Origin: Octopus vulgaris | Lineage: Eukaryota | DNA: 64,000 bases | Assembly (NCBI GenBank): GCA_951406725.2 | Contig: OX597815.1 | Span: forward strand, 37,572,001-37,636,000 | Direction of reading: 5' to 3' | Shown here: positions 12,724 to 26,395 of the stretch, piece by piece | How the letters are laid out: every line of letters begins with the position of its first letter | How positions within the stretch are numbered: the stretch's first letter is position 1 | The notes under the pieces: model-generated | Told to the model about the DNA's origin: nothing | The model's input: the letters and a program-made list of their open reading frames with translations, nothing else | Database searches by the model: none | Program-made: the position numbers and the translations under genes

Positions 12724-14326
12724 TTATTAGTTTTAGCGTTAATCTGTATCCTACGATCATGTCTATTTTCAGTTATAGTTAAGATTTTAGCTATGAATAC
12801 ATCCAAGTATTTGGATACGAATAACAACAGCACTCAACCCAGATATAAAAACTGCATAACCTCGTTCAGGAATCACATATATTATCGACTAGCGAGCATC
12901 AGTTCTCATTAACTCTATATCCGTACAGGATTAATATTTCATATTATACATTTACACATTTCTGGTAATAAACAGGTGTGTGTGTAAAAGAAGAACCCAA
13001 TAGGAAGTATATTTCAGATTCATATTAGCATAAGCTTAATCTATATATCGGGTCGTGATAAATTCCATTACATTTCATTCATGAATTACTGTCGAACATT
13101 AAATTCCTATAGTTTAATATTTGTATTAACGGCACGAATATCCATATCTTTTTTTGATAAGGTCCGCAGAGGTTATATGTAATGCTGTGTTCCCGTGAGA
13201 CATGGTGATAAAAACTATTGTAAAGAGTCCCTTTTATTTCATCTCATAAACGCAATATCACATTTTCGAATTACGTTACTGCATCAGTAAATACCTTGTC
13301 ATATTCGATGAACTGTTTCATGCTTCAGAAAATATGATTTATAATATATCATCGAACCTGATAAACAAACAAAGAATTATTCAAGAGAGCTAGCTGATAC
13401 CGTGTTCGAGTAAAGGAATTTGTCATTGATACTGAAACGTGATTATGTCCAAGACTCCACAAACTCACTGGATTAACAAAGCTGACTTCAAGTAGGTAAT
13501 ATGTGGAGGTACAGATAGTGAATACAAGTAACAAATGCACTGCACAATTATGGGTTTCTAACAAAGGTTAAAAGAGATCTGGTAGAATTTTACAGTCGAT
13601 TGATTATCAGTACTTGTGTGATGTATAATTTATCGATCTCGGAAGGCTAAGCTTGAGCTCAGAAAATAAAGAAACGTAGTACACCGTAACACTTTGATTG
13701 ATACTTTATTGTTTCTGCACTTTACTACTTTATTTAACTCATAAGCACAGTTCTGAGTTCATACCTGTGCATAGACCCAATACGATTCCGGAGTTTTCTT
13801 AGAAATTCAAGCCGAAATTCTTATTAATCCCTTAGACACACTCATAATGTCAGCAGTTTAAATCAGTAGAAAACAACAGCAAAATAATTGAGAGGGTAAT
13901 AAAAATAAAGCAAACCACAATTAGTTATACAAAACATGACAAACTATAAGGAAATGTTTATAAAACCAGCAATTAATAACTTATAAGGTGCTAATGTATG
14001 TTTTATGTGATATGAAAACATTTATTGGATTTAATATTCAGCTGGAACTTCGTGTTGCATTTCTTGTTTGATAATGGTAAGAGTATGAGAATCAGATAAA
14101 TCTCCTCTTTACGAAGACCATTCGTAAAGGTTAGCGATTTCTGATCTTCTTACGATTTAGTTTCCAAGGCGTTAAGCGGATTGAAAGGCAGTATCCCTCT
14201 AAAATGTATAAACGTTTTTTATATGTCAAGTAAAATTACTAGAAAAACTTTTCAATGTTCTTAGATTGTGTTGAACTGAAAACATTTTTGAATTTATGTA
14301 AATAACCCATTAGAAAGGATTATCTA

Positions 14327-15888
14327 CGTGTTTCAATATAAGAACCATACTGATATTTTAACTGAACTTTGCAGCTATTTTTATGGAAGGGATTCCTATA
14401 TTACAGACCCTACCTAGTCTTCCTTTTTCTGATTTGAATTCATTTTTCAAATCTTGATTATTTTGTCTAACTACAGGGCCTATTTACTGTTACTCTAAAC
14501 CAACCTTAATGTAATTTGAATATTGTGTTGAAACTGAAAACATTTTTAAATTTCAAGTTTGTCATTCACAATATCAGTATGACGCCTTTAGACGGTGTAA
14601 ACTTTTATCCAATCAGCTGTCGTGTTTCAATATAAGAACCATAATCCTAATGAATTATTAATTTTGCCTGTGCTATGATTATCATGCCTATTTCACAAGG
14701 TCTTTAGTGTAACTTGTTAACCAAACTAGTTTTTTTGCTTTTTCTGATTTGAATTCATTTTTCAAATCTTGATTATTTTGTCTAACTACAGGGCCTATTT
14801 ACTGTTACTCTAAGCTACCAACCTTAATGTAATTTGAATATTGTGTGGAAACTTCATTTACTAAAATTTCAAGTTTGTCATTCACAATATCAGTATGACG
14901 CCTTTAGACGGTGTAAACTTTTATCCAATCAGCTGTCGTGTTTCAATATAAGAACCATAATCCTAATGAATTATTAATTTTGCCTGTGCTATGATTATCA
15001 TGCCTATTTCACAAGGTCTTTAGTGTAACTTGTTAACCAAACTAGTTTTTTTGCTTTTTCTGATTTGAATTCATTTTTCAAATCTTGATTATTTTGTCTA
15101 ACTACAGGGCCTATTTACTGTTACTCTAAGCTACCAACCTTAATGTAATTTGAATATTGTGTGGAAACTTCATTTACTAAAATTTCAAGTTTGTCATTCA
15201 CAATATCAGTATGACGCCTTTAGACGGTGTAAACTTTTATCCAATCAGCTGTCGTGTTTCAATATAAGGACCATAATCCTAATGAATTATTAATCTTGCA
15301 TGTGCTATGATTATCATGGCTATTTCACAAGGTCTTTAGTGTAACTTGTTAACCAAGCTAGTTTTTTTGCTTTTTCTGATTTGAATTCATTTTTTAAATC
15401 TTGATTATTTTTGTCTAACTACAGGGCCTATTTACTGTTACTCTAAGCTACCAACCTTAATGTAATTTGAATATTGTGTGGAAACTTCATTTACTAAAAT
15501 TTCAAGTTTGCCATTCACAATATCAGTATGACGCCTTTAGACGGTGTAAACTTTTATCCAATCAGCTGTCGTGTTTCAATATAAGAACCATAATCCTAAT
15601 GAATTATTAATTTTGCATGTGCTATGATTATCATGGCTATTTCACAAGGTCTTTAGTGTAACTTGTTAACCAAGCTAGTTTTTTTGCTTTTTCTGATTTG
15701 AATTCATTTTTTAAATCTTGATTATTTTTGTCTAACTACAGGGCCTATTTACTGTTACTCTAAGCTACCAACCTTAACGTAATTTGAATATTGTGTGGAA
15801 ACTTCATTTACTAAAATTTCAAGTTTGTCATTCACAATATCAGTATGACGCCTTTAGACGGTGTAAACTTTTATCCAATCAGCTGTCG
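14327..15888. repeat. Tandem array of about five ~316-bp units
   Basis: CTGATTTGAATTCATTTTT recurs at 14429, 14744, 15060, 15376 and 15693 (spacing 315-317). Confidence 0.95.
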
Positions 15889-17609
15889 AGAAAGGGACAC
15901 AATAGCCAAAGTCTGATGATAGCAAAGTGAATTGAAATTTTCGGACTGAAAAATATTTTCTTCTTTAAGAAAGTATTGAAAGAAATTGCGTGCTAGATAG
16001 GAAAAAAATGAAGGGAGTAACAAATAATATCTTTGCACATTTGTAAAAACCTTTCACTGGAAACTTTTTCTCAATCAGCTAGATTTTGTTTTCAACATAT
16101 TGTTAGGTTTTAAGATTTGTTTCGAGAAAGGTAGATGCAATAAATAGAACAAGTTAGGTATGTTATTGAACTGTCAGAAAAGACGAATATAAGACGTTAT
16201 GGAAGATTGAAAGATAAAACAATCAATAGAAGAATTATGTAGTAGCGGGTGAAAAATATAAAAGCGTGTGAACTAGTGAGTGGGTGAGTGAGAAAGATAC
16301 AGGGAGAGAGAGAAAGAGAGAGGAGGAGAGAAAGAAAGAGAGAAAGGGAAAAAGAGGGGGAATAATACAAAATCGGAGCTGCAACAAGAGGATGAATAAA
16401 AATAATAAAATGTTCGAAGTAAGTAAAGATAGTGAAGGCAGGTTAAAGTATTAACATATTTTTTCTCTTGTTTGCCTATTTTACTCGTAAGATTAATACC
16501 AAGCTCATACATTGCTTTTAAAATGATCACAGATGAACGCAAAGTTTATCCGGGGAGAATTTGAAAACACACGGTAGAGAGACAAAGCCAGATCTTAAAT
16601 TGATATTTTGTCCCACGTTCTATCGATTCTGCAATGAACAATATGAAATGAAAAAAAAAACGCAGGAAGAAACAAAGCTGTGGAGAGAAACAGAAATAGA
16701 CATAGAGGAAAACTGAGAGACAGTCATACTTATTTCAGAAACACTTTCCATTTGGATTTTTGTAATATCCTTTTCTACTCTAGGCACAAGGTCCCAAATT
16801 TTTTTAGGGAGGGGGCATATTTAATCGACCCCGATTAGGAGGGACGATCAACCGGTTCAAAGCCACAGTCACGCGCAACAGCCATTGAAACCAAAGACTT
16901 GTGTACTGGAGCGTTGTCCTGATGAAATAAGATTCCTTTCGTTAGTTTTTGGGGTGGTTTTTTTATAATATCCTTTCGTAACTAGCCCTCTATTTGGCAT
17001 AGTATTCTCTATTGATAGTCCCCATAACTTAGCGATTCGGCAAAAGGGATCGATAGAATAAGTACTAGGCTTCAGCATGGCCTCTGTCAAAAGGATCCAC
17101 ACATGACACGCGACAAACGACGTACTATGTCCAGTTACTGTCCTCTTACTTATTTCCAACATCCTGAAGTGGGTGGTCGACCACCAGAATAAAAAATTAA
17201 ATATAAAAAAAAAGAAAATTCTTCAGATGAAATTCTAGCAGCCAAAAGACTTAGATTTTTCTTTAGTGATTCATGGCAATAACGTTTTCGTTCAGATGTG
17301 CGTTTTTGTGTCATTCATAACGGTTGGGCTTAATATTGTTTTCGCCTTACTTTCCAATTTAAATATTTCCTTTTAAGAATTGTACTTTTAAAGCATAAAT
17401 ATTTAATAAGTGTTTCTTCTCTTTTCCATTCTCAATCTATATCAATTTACAATATGGAGCCATCATTTGTATGTGCACGCCAACACATGAATACAGAAAC
17501 CTACACACACGCACACACACGTACACACATGCGCACGCAAGTACATACACGCGCACGCATCTATACACACTCACACGCACGTACACAAACACAAACATAC
17601 ACGGATGTC

Positions 17610-17901
17610 ATTTACGATGACGAGTGTTCTACTTGATCCGATCAATAGGACAACCTGTCAGTGTAATTAACGTGCTAGTAGCTGGGCACTCCACAGATAC
17701 GCATGCCCGTAACGTAATTCTAAGGGAGATTCAATGTGATAATGAATGCGACAAGTTTGAACCTTTGGAATACAGGTACAACTCATTTTTGCCGGCTAAG
17801 TGGTCTGGAGCAACGTGAAATGAATTGTCTCGATCAAGAACACAACAAGCCATCGGGAATCGAACTCCGTGAGCCGAATACGCCTGACCGCTAAGCAACG
17901 C
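17610..17901 (-). mobile_element. SINE with family C head and the tail type seen at 31990
   Basis: Shares GGAGCAACGTGAA with family C, and CACTCCACAGA / AATACAGGTACAAC with the 31990-32377 tail. Confidence 0.7.
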
Positions 17902-17906
17902 ACATT

Positions 17907-17949
<43 letters not shown>

Positions 17950-18041
17950 ATGTATATAAGAATAGGTATTCACAGAGCCCGCAGTAAGCGCCTATGCCCC
18001 ATGCGTGGATATCGACAAATACCTTGGTTAAGGCTAGGATA

Positions 18042-18231
18042 ACAATGGCCCAGTGGTTAGGGCAGCGGATCGCGGTCTCACCCCAATTTTCCCTTACTTT
18101 TTCTTCCTGTTTCTTGAGTAACCCTGCGATGGATTGGCGTCCCGTCCAGCTGGGGGAACTCATACGTCACAGAAACCGGGAAAACGGGTCCAAAAGCCTG
18201 GCTAGGCTTGAAAAGGGTGCGAAAAGAAAAA
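18042..18231 (+). mobile_element. Internally deleted family A SINE with 12-bp TSD
   Basis: AATGGCCCAGTGGTTAGGGC head and the same tail as 12433. aaggctaggata occurs at 18030-18041 and 18232-18243. Confidence 0.8.
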
Positions 18232-20300
18232 AAGGCTAGGATATAACCTCACCGTTGTTCTGAAAATTCAGGAAAAAGATCTGTGGAAAATATGTATAAA
18301 AACTGAGTTAGAAAAGTGAAGTGACAGAATAGATATTTATTTTATTAACTTGCAGCTGCTTTGTAATATGGTTTGCATAGATAAGCGACGCTACATCATC
18401 CGTTTGATAATTGATGTGTGTATGTATATATGTATATATGTATATATGTATGTATATACATATATATATATGTGTGTGTATGTATACACGCGCAAGTGTA
18501 TGTGTGAGTGTGTATATGTGGTATATGAGGTAGGTGTATATAAGTTTGATGTATGGCTGTAGTTGAAGGTATGTGTATGTGTGTTTCTATGTGAATACAC
18601 TCAAATATGTGTTTATATATATGTGTGTATACCTACACACGCGCGCATACACCCACACGCATACATAAATATTATATCTTAGCGGTGAATTAACACATCG
18701 TTACTAACATTTTCTTGATGAATTTAATGGCAATCCAACCAGTCATCAGGCGATAAAGGCTATCGACCTTCTAGGAATTTCAGTTCGCTTGTATGAAACC
18801 ACGAGTTATATTTAAGAAATAGAAAACTTGTACCATTGTACGTTAGGTAGGAACATGGTATGTGTTCCTCTTCTAAGTATTAGACAATATGGTGGGTCCT
18901 TTAGGGGTTTCAGCGAATTTCAAAATTCTATTTGATAGTGGACCGTTTGATTTATATCGAGAACTGTGTCAATTATATAAGTGGTCTCTAATAGTAACCC
19001 ATGACCTTCATAATCTTTGCGTTGATGATATTCATAGTTCCATCTTTGGAGTTATTGTAGTCATCGCACATAACAACATGTTATTATTGTTGTCTTCAGA
19101 AAGGTTTGATATGGGCAATTTTTACTACAGTTATACCTGTTGTTCTCACGTCAAATATTTCTAGAACATCTGGTTCGAGTTTTCAAGTGTCTTGTTCCAG
19201 TAACTTGTTTATAAATTACGCAGAGATGGGGTCTCATGTTGGTGGATAACATTAATTTTGGTACGTTTATCTATAAATGTGGTCATTTTACATAATTCTT
19301 AACTATTCCTGAGCCTCTTGAAAATACAAACGATGTCTATCTAAAATATCCACCCGTAGCTATGTTAGATTTTCCAATTAACTTTTCTGGTATTCGCAGG
19401 CATTTTGCAGTGTTGTGTTCAAAGATTTTATTGCTCTTTTGTGAGACATTGTGCATTAATCTCAAACGATAATATTTCTCTTTCGAACCTCTGCTTCCCT
19501 CTTGTTTTATTTTGTTGATAATACGTATTGCATTTTCATTTGCCATCAAGCTGAAAATAAGTTTGACGGTAGCATGGATCGTCTTGTTGCCAATCAGGAA
19601 AGTTGCCGCAATCCTATAAGACATAAATGCAAGCGTACTTTCCTGATTTAGACAAATCTTTACCAGAGAGGATTGGTACGAAATGTTTCTTGATTCCTCA
19701 AAACGCTTATAGGAAAGTAGGTTATTTTCCCCCTCTGAAATTGAACATTAGCAATAATTATTGAATATACTGTATTTTGGCCAGATGACAAATATAAACC
19801 ATTAGATACAGCTTGTTTTTGAAGAACTAAACTGTTGCAAAGTGTTCCTTAGAGAATAAGTTGAAGGCTGCCACTCTGATTATCTTTAATCACAATAAGA
19901 TCAAATACAAACACTTTGCTTCGCAGATACGAAATATTGTTCATAATGATAAGTGCCAAACTAAAAATACCGTTCTTGTATACAACATTTACGTGTGCTT
20001 TTAATTTACTTTCTTTGAGCTTGTTGCTTGCAGAATTTCACAGACTATATCTGTGAATTTGTCTCAATACAAGAAATAAAATATACTAGGAATAAAATAG
20101 CCAACATACATCTAATGTTGGCTCTTGACAGTTTCTTGACATTTCAATTATAGTTGCATCAACGTCGAAAAGTCTAGCTTATTTTATGTGTCTATTGCCA
20201 TCTCTAGGATAGGCAACCAATTCGGTCATTTAGCATTGATTACTGGCATATCTATGCCATGATCTGAATGCTGGAGGGAGAGAGAAAGAGTAACAGAGAG

Positions 20301-20333
<33 letters not shown>

Positions 20334-20714
20334 AAGAGAGAGAGGAGAGAGAGAAATGCACCAGTATCTAGGTGATACTCATTTAGAGCTGACTAAAATG
20401 CAGCAAAGTGAAATGAAGTACTATTTCCTAGGAAACAAGACGCTTCTTGGTCTTAGAATTGGAGTCATTAAATTCTCATCATCAGCCGAACATTGTAAAT
20501 CAGCGGCACAATATGAGGATACTAGCGCAGACATGCAGGTACATATATCATATGCATCCATCCATTCACCCATCCATCTATCCATCCATCCATCCATTCA
20601 TTCCGGGTTCCATTCCACTGCGTAGCACCTTGGGCAAGTTTCTTCTACTATAGCTTGGGGCCGACCAAACCATAGAGAGTGGATTACGTAAACAGAAACT
20701 GAAAGAAGCCTGTC

Positions 20715-20765
<51 letters not shown>

Positions 20766-20815
20766 TACACATACATACATACATACATACATACATACAT
20801 ACATACATACATACA

Positions 20816-20916
<101 letters not shown>

Positions 20917-21176
20917 ATATAATAATAATAGTAGAGAATTCCAAACTCACAGGAAAAATTCAATTTAGCAAATCTAAATCAAATTTCACAATATATAATA
21001 TATGTATATAATTAACTTAATTATATACATATATATATATGAATATATAAATTTTGAGGGAGGAGGGCCAATCGATTAGAACGGCCCAATACGCAACTGG
21101 TACTTAATTTATCGACCCCTCCTCCAAAATGTCGTACCTTGTGCCTATAGTAGTAAAGTATATATTTCCGTTAGAA

Positions 21177-21305
21177 GGCGGCGAGCTGGCAGAAACGTTA
21201 TCAAGCCGGGCGAAATGCTTAGCGGTATTTCGTTCTGTCTTTACGTTTTGAGTGCAAATTCCGCCGAGGACGACTTTGTCCTTCATCATTTCGGGGTCAA
21301 TAAAT
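21177..21305 (+). mobile_element. SINE family D (partial)
   Basis: GGCGGCGAGCTGGCAGAAACGTTA...CAAATTCCGCCGAGG, as at 35709, 38159 and 44635. Confidence 0.75.
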
Positions 21306-21307
21306 CA

Positions 21308-21364
<57 letters not shown>

Positions 21365-21374
21365 ATATAGAAGG

Positions 21375-21425
21375 AGCTTCTACAGGACTAGAACTGTTTC
21401 ATTCAAAAGAAATCATCAGGAAGCT
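21375..21425 (-). ncRNA. Type I hammerhead ribozyme
   Basis: agcttc-CTGATGA-t ttc tttt gaa t-GAAA-cag ttctagtc ctg-TA-gaagct. 6-bp helix I and a closed helix III. Confidence 0.82.
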
Positions 21426-22530
21426 AGTAGACAAGAGTTGTTTTGGCATTTATACATTTAGGCAGGTTTAAATGGGTGGTGGTGGGGGACTTTTTTGGGG
21501 GTAGGCATGGCGCAAAACTATCATTATTAGGGGAGTGGTCAAAGGAATCGGTGGTAAAGTAGATAAAAGAATAAATAAAAGATTAAAAGAATAAATAGAA
21601 AAATAGAGTTTTAGGTAAGTAAGGAGACTCTCACTTGTACATCTACATATATATATATATACACCCACATATTCACATGTATCTATATATATACATACAT
21701 ACACATATATACATACATATATATATATACATACATATACATATATATATACATATATATACATATATATACACATACTTATGTACATACACACAAAATA
21801 CACATATACATACATATACATATATGTATACACACTCGCACATATATATACATACACACATATACACATGCATATACATGCACACACATACACACACATT
21901 TTTATTCCCTTATTTTAATTTTATTATTACTTTTGTTTATATCTTTATTTTTATCTTGATCTCGGTCAGCCAGTCTCAAGGGATGGTCTAAAGAGTCCAT
22001 TTATCTATCTACTCACTGATACGAACGCCCACACACTCACACGTACACTCATACCCATACACACACGCACGTGTTATATTCATACATACATACATCTACA
22101 TACATTCACGTATATTCACATACGTACACGTACCTACTGATTCATATCTACACGCATACACATACATACCTCAATACACCCACAGAAGACTAGTCCATAC
22201 ATATACACTAATAAATATATATACACATATACACATACACATACATACACATACATACATATACATATATATATATACATATATATACATATACATACAC
22301 ATATACATTCATACATATATACACATACACACATATATATATATATGCGTACACATACACACACGCACGCGCATCTATATATACACATAAGTACATACAT
22401 GCATAAATGTATACATATGTTTATACATATGCATACACATCCACACACACACGCGCCTCCTTATGTTCATAAATACATACATGCATACAGACATATACAT
22501 ATATACATACATGCATACTCAAATAATAAT

Positions 22531-22571
<41 letters not shown>

Positions 22572-22573
<2 letters not shown>

Positions 22574-22976
22574 CGCAGGAGTGGCTGTGTGGTAAGTAGC
22601 TTGCTAACCAACCACATGGTTCCGGGTTCAGTCCCACTGCGTGGCATCTTGGGCAAGTGTCTTCTGCTATAGCCCCGGGCCGACCAATGCCTTGTGAGTG
22701 GATTTGGTAGATGGAAACTGAAAGAAGCCTGTCGTATATATGTATATATATATAAGTGTGTGTGTATATGTTTGTGTGTCTGTGTTTGTCCCCCTAGCAT
22801 TGCTTGACAACTGATGCTGGTGTGTTTACGTCCCCGTTACTTAGCGGTTCAGCAAAAAGAGACCGATAGAATAAGTACTGGGCTTACAAAGAATAAGTCC
22901 TGGGGTCGATTTGATCGACTAAAGGCGGTGCTCCAGCATGGCCGCAGTCAAATGACTGAAACAAGTAAAAGAGTAA

Positions 22977-22979
<3 letters not shown>
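22572..22979 (+). mobile_element. Full-length family B SINE
   Basis: GGCGCAGGAGTGGCTGTGTGG head, GGTTCAGTCCC box, internal microsatellite and LINE-like tail GCATGGCCGCAGTCAAATGACTGAAACA. Confidence 0.88.
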
Positions 22980-23031
<52 letters not shown>

Positions 23032-23785
23032 AGTGAGGATATCAAAAATAAGAAAATAAAATGATTAGAATTTATAGAAAATAATAAGAAATACATATAA
23101 AGAGATATGGTATTAGATGCAGGGAGCAGAGAAAATATAAAAGTAACCCGAAAAGAGGGGGTAATAGGTATGGATGTAGTTAAAGGTATTCACACCGAAG
23201 TGATTTTATAACTTGTAATATTACAGGTGTTATTGTATGTATGCTTTTATAGTTTCCCGGGGATATATGATTTAGTCAAAAGGAGACTTACTTACATAAA
23301 ATGACTACAAGTATATATAATATGATCAGTAGGGTGGGACATCATAGAAAGGAAAATAGTCTAATCACCAAATAGGATGAAATCAAACTAATTAGGCAGG
23401 AGTTATCATGGTACAATATTACAAATAGCACACCACATACTACAACACATAGCATATAAGATATGTAATGCAATATAATTCACCATATAACGTAATATCC
23501 TACAATTTTGTATATTTAATATAGTAAGATTATAATGGATACGGCACCAAAATAAATTTCCACCATCAAAGTTCAAGCATGGTAACTATAATTGTTAGTT
23601 TCGAAAATACTGAAAAGTTCGGGTGACGCTATGCTTAGGTCTAATCTATTATCAATCAGGTTTTTCTTGCCCTTATACTTACAAATCTCATAAGTTTCCA
23701 TAGAGCACAGCTCACACCCATATCGTCTATCCCTATAAAGCTGCGCTCTCCGTATTATATCTCATTTAAAGTATATATATATATA

Positions 23786-25065
23786 CGAGGGACGTTCAAT
23801 AAGTAATGCCTCTGACCCACTTGCAGTTGGTTGATCTAGCTGAAATTTTGCATGTGCAATCATTTATATCTCTATAGAGTAAGTGGCTCTGAATTAATTG
23901 TGGTTTCTGATTTACAGGTGTTTGAACCGAGTCAAGTGTGAAATGGAGCCTGTTGAGTGTCGAGCAGTGATCCGGTTTTTGTATTTGAAAGGACGCACAC
24001 CACGGGAGACTTTTGATGAAATAAAAGTAACTTATGGTGATGATGCCCCATCATATGACCTTGTAAAACGCTGGCATCGTGAATTCAAACATGGTCGGAA
24101 CTCTGTGGAAACAGCTCCCAGATATGGTCGCCCCTTCTGCCATTGATGAGGCATCTGTCCGTCAAGTTGAGGCTGCCATTTTGGAAGATCGACGCATAAT
24201 TATTCGCCGAATAGCCCATGAGGTCAAGATTAGTACCGGGTCTGTGGAAACTATCATTCATGACCATTTGCATATGCAAAAGGTGTCTGCCAGATGGATT
24301 CCCAGGTTGCTCACGCCTTTCCAGAAGCAAGAACGCGTCGAGTGTTCGAGGGTGAATTTGGAGATGTGCCAAGAAGATGAGTCAAAATTTTTCAAAAGAC
24401 TGATTACACAGGATGAAACCTGGGTCCATCACGATGATCCAGAGACCAAAGTCCAGTCAATGCAGTGGAAGCACCGTGACTCACCCCCTCCAAAGAAGGC
24501 AAGGGTGCAGCCTTCCGCTGGCAAGGTCATGCTCACAGTCTTCTGGGACCAGGACGGAGTAGTGATGACAGATTTCCTGGCAAAGGGTACCACAATTACA
24601 GGAGCCTATTATGCTTCACTTTTGAGGAAATTAAGAGAAGCTATCAAAATCAAGAGGCGGGGCAAGATCAGCAAAGGCATCCTCCTTCTGCAGGACAACG
24701 CTCCGGTCCACAACTCGCTTGTCGCCAGATCAGAAGCAAAGGCGTATGGCTATGAACTCCTCCCCATCCCCCCTACTTTCCTGACCTTGCACCTTCTGAT
24801 TTTCACCTCTTCCTAATCATGAATTTGTTTTTGAAAGGAAAGCGTTTCCCAGATGATGCAGCCTTGATTTCTGAAGTCACGTTGAGGTTGGAGGACCAAG
24901 CTGGGTTCTTCTACAAAAACGGTCTCCAGAGCCTCATCAAACGATGGGAGAAATGCGTAACTCTGGGTGGTTCCTATGTAGAAAAAGACTAATAACTGTG
25001 CCAAGTTTCGTTGCCCTACTGCTATGGGAAGTGGGTCAGGGGCATTACTTATTGAACACCCCTCG
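23786..25065 (+). mobile_element. Complete mariner (DD34D) transposon with frameshifted transposase
   Basis: TIRs CGAGGG(A/G)(C/T)GTTCAATAAGTAATGCC(T/C)CTGACCCACTT with TA TSDs. ATG at 23943. MEPVECRAVIRF, WIPRLL, TQDETW, QDNAPVH and PDLAPSDF lie across two frameshifts. Stop at ~24992. Confidence 0.93.
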
Positions 25066-25207
25066 TATGTATATATATACAAATGATGTACCGCTCACGG
25101 CGACGCTGGAGAGAGTAGAGTTTCAAGGCTTTAAGGCGATCCCAATAATCGAGAGCAGCCATGCCTTCACATATACACATATATATTTATACATATGCAT
25201 ATATATG

Positions 25208-25279
<72 letters not shown>

Positions 25280-25327
25280 GTATATGTTTATACATATGCA
25301 TATATATGATATATATATATAAATATA

Positions 25328-25690
25328 GGCGCAGGAGTGGCTGTGTGGTAAGTAGCTTGCTAACCAACCACATGGTTCCGGGTTCAGACCCCCTGCGTGG
25401 CACCTTGGGCAAGTGTCTTCTACTATAGCCTCGGGCCGACCAAAGCCTTGTGAGTGGATTTGGTAGACGGAAACTGAAAGAAGCCCGTCGTATATACGTA
25501 TTTATATGTTTGTGCGTGTATGTTTGTGTGTCTGTGTTTGTCCCCCTAGCATTGTTTGTCAACCGATGCTGGTGTGTTTATGTCCCCGTCACTTAGCGGT
25601 TCCCGGGGTCGAGTTGCTCGAGTAAAGGCGGTGCACCAGCATGGCCGCAGTCAAAATGACTGAAACAAGTAAAAAGTGAAAAAAAAAAAG
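25328..25690 (+). mobile_element. Family B SINE
   Basis: Aligns with the 22572 copy, with an internal deletion. Confidence 0.86.
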
Positions 25691-25718
25691 CAGATATATA
25701 TATATATGCATATATATG

Positions 25719-25799
<81 letters not shown>

Positions 25800-26168
25800 C
25801 ATACACACACATATTGCTAATAAGCGATCGATCAGATGAATATTTTTATCGGTTTATGTCATCATTTCATATATTATGAAATATTTGTCTCTGTCCTACT
25901 CATACAAGCCATTGATCACTGAGTTTTTTCTCTTATCTGTTTTTGATTTCATCTATTTCAATTCACACGCGCACACACATATACATAGACACACGACAAA
26001 ATGCATGTGTTTATTGTATATGCGTGTACATAAAGTTATACACACATATTTTGGGAATTGTGATTTCAAAATAACATCTTTATGTTAACAGTTATATAAA
26101 TAAATATGTATACACATATGTGCCCGTGTATTGATGTGTATATTTATATGTGAATTTATATATATATA

Positions 26169-26304
<136 letters not shown>

Positions 26305-26350
26305 GTTTAAATATTGGCTAAACTGGCAATACGACCATTCCGGAATATAG

Positions 26351-26391
<41 letters not shown>

Positions 26392-26395
<4 letters not shown>

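Noticed and set aside
14327-15888. CRISPR-like array
   Set aside because: Whole units are repeated with no unique spacers, there are no cas genes and the context is eukaryotic.
18700-19900. Possible decayed retroelement or host ORF on the minus strand
   Set aside because: Composition looks coding-like but I recognise no motif. It needs tBLASTx.
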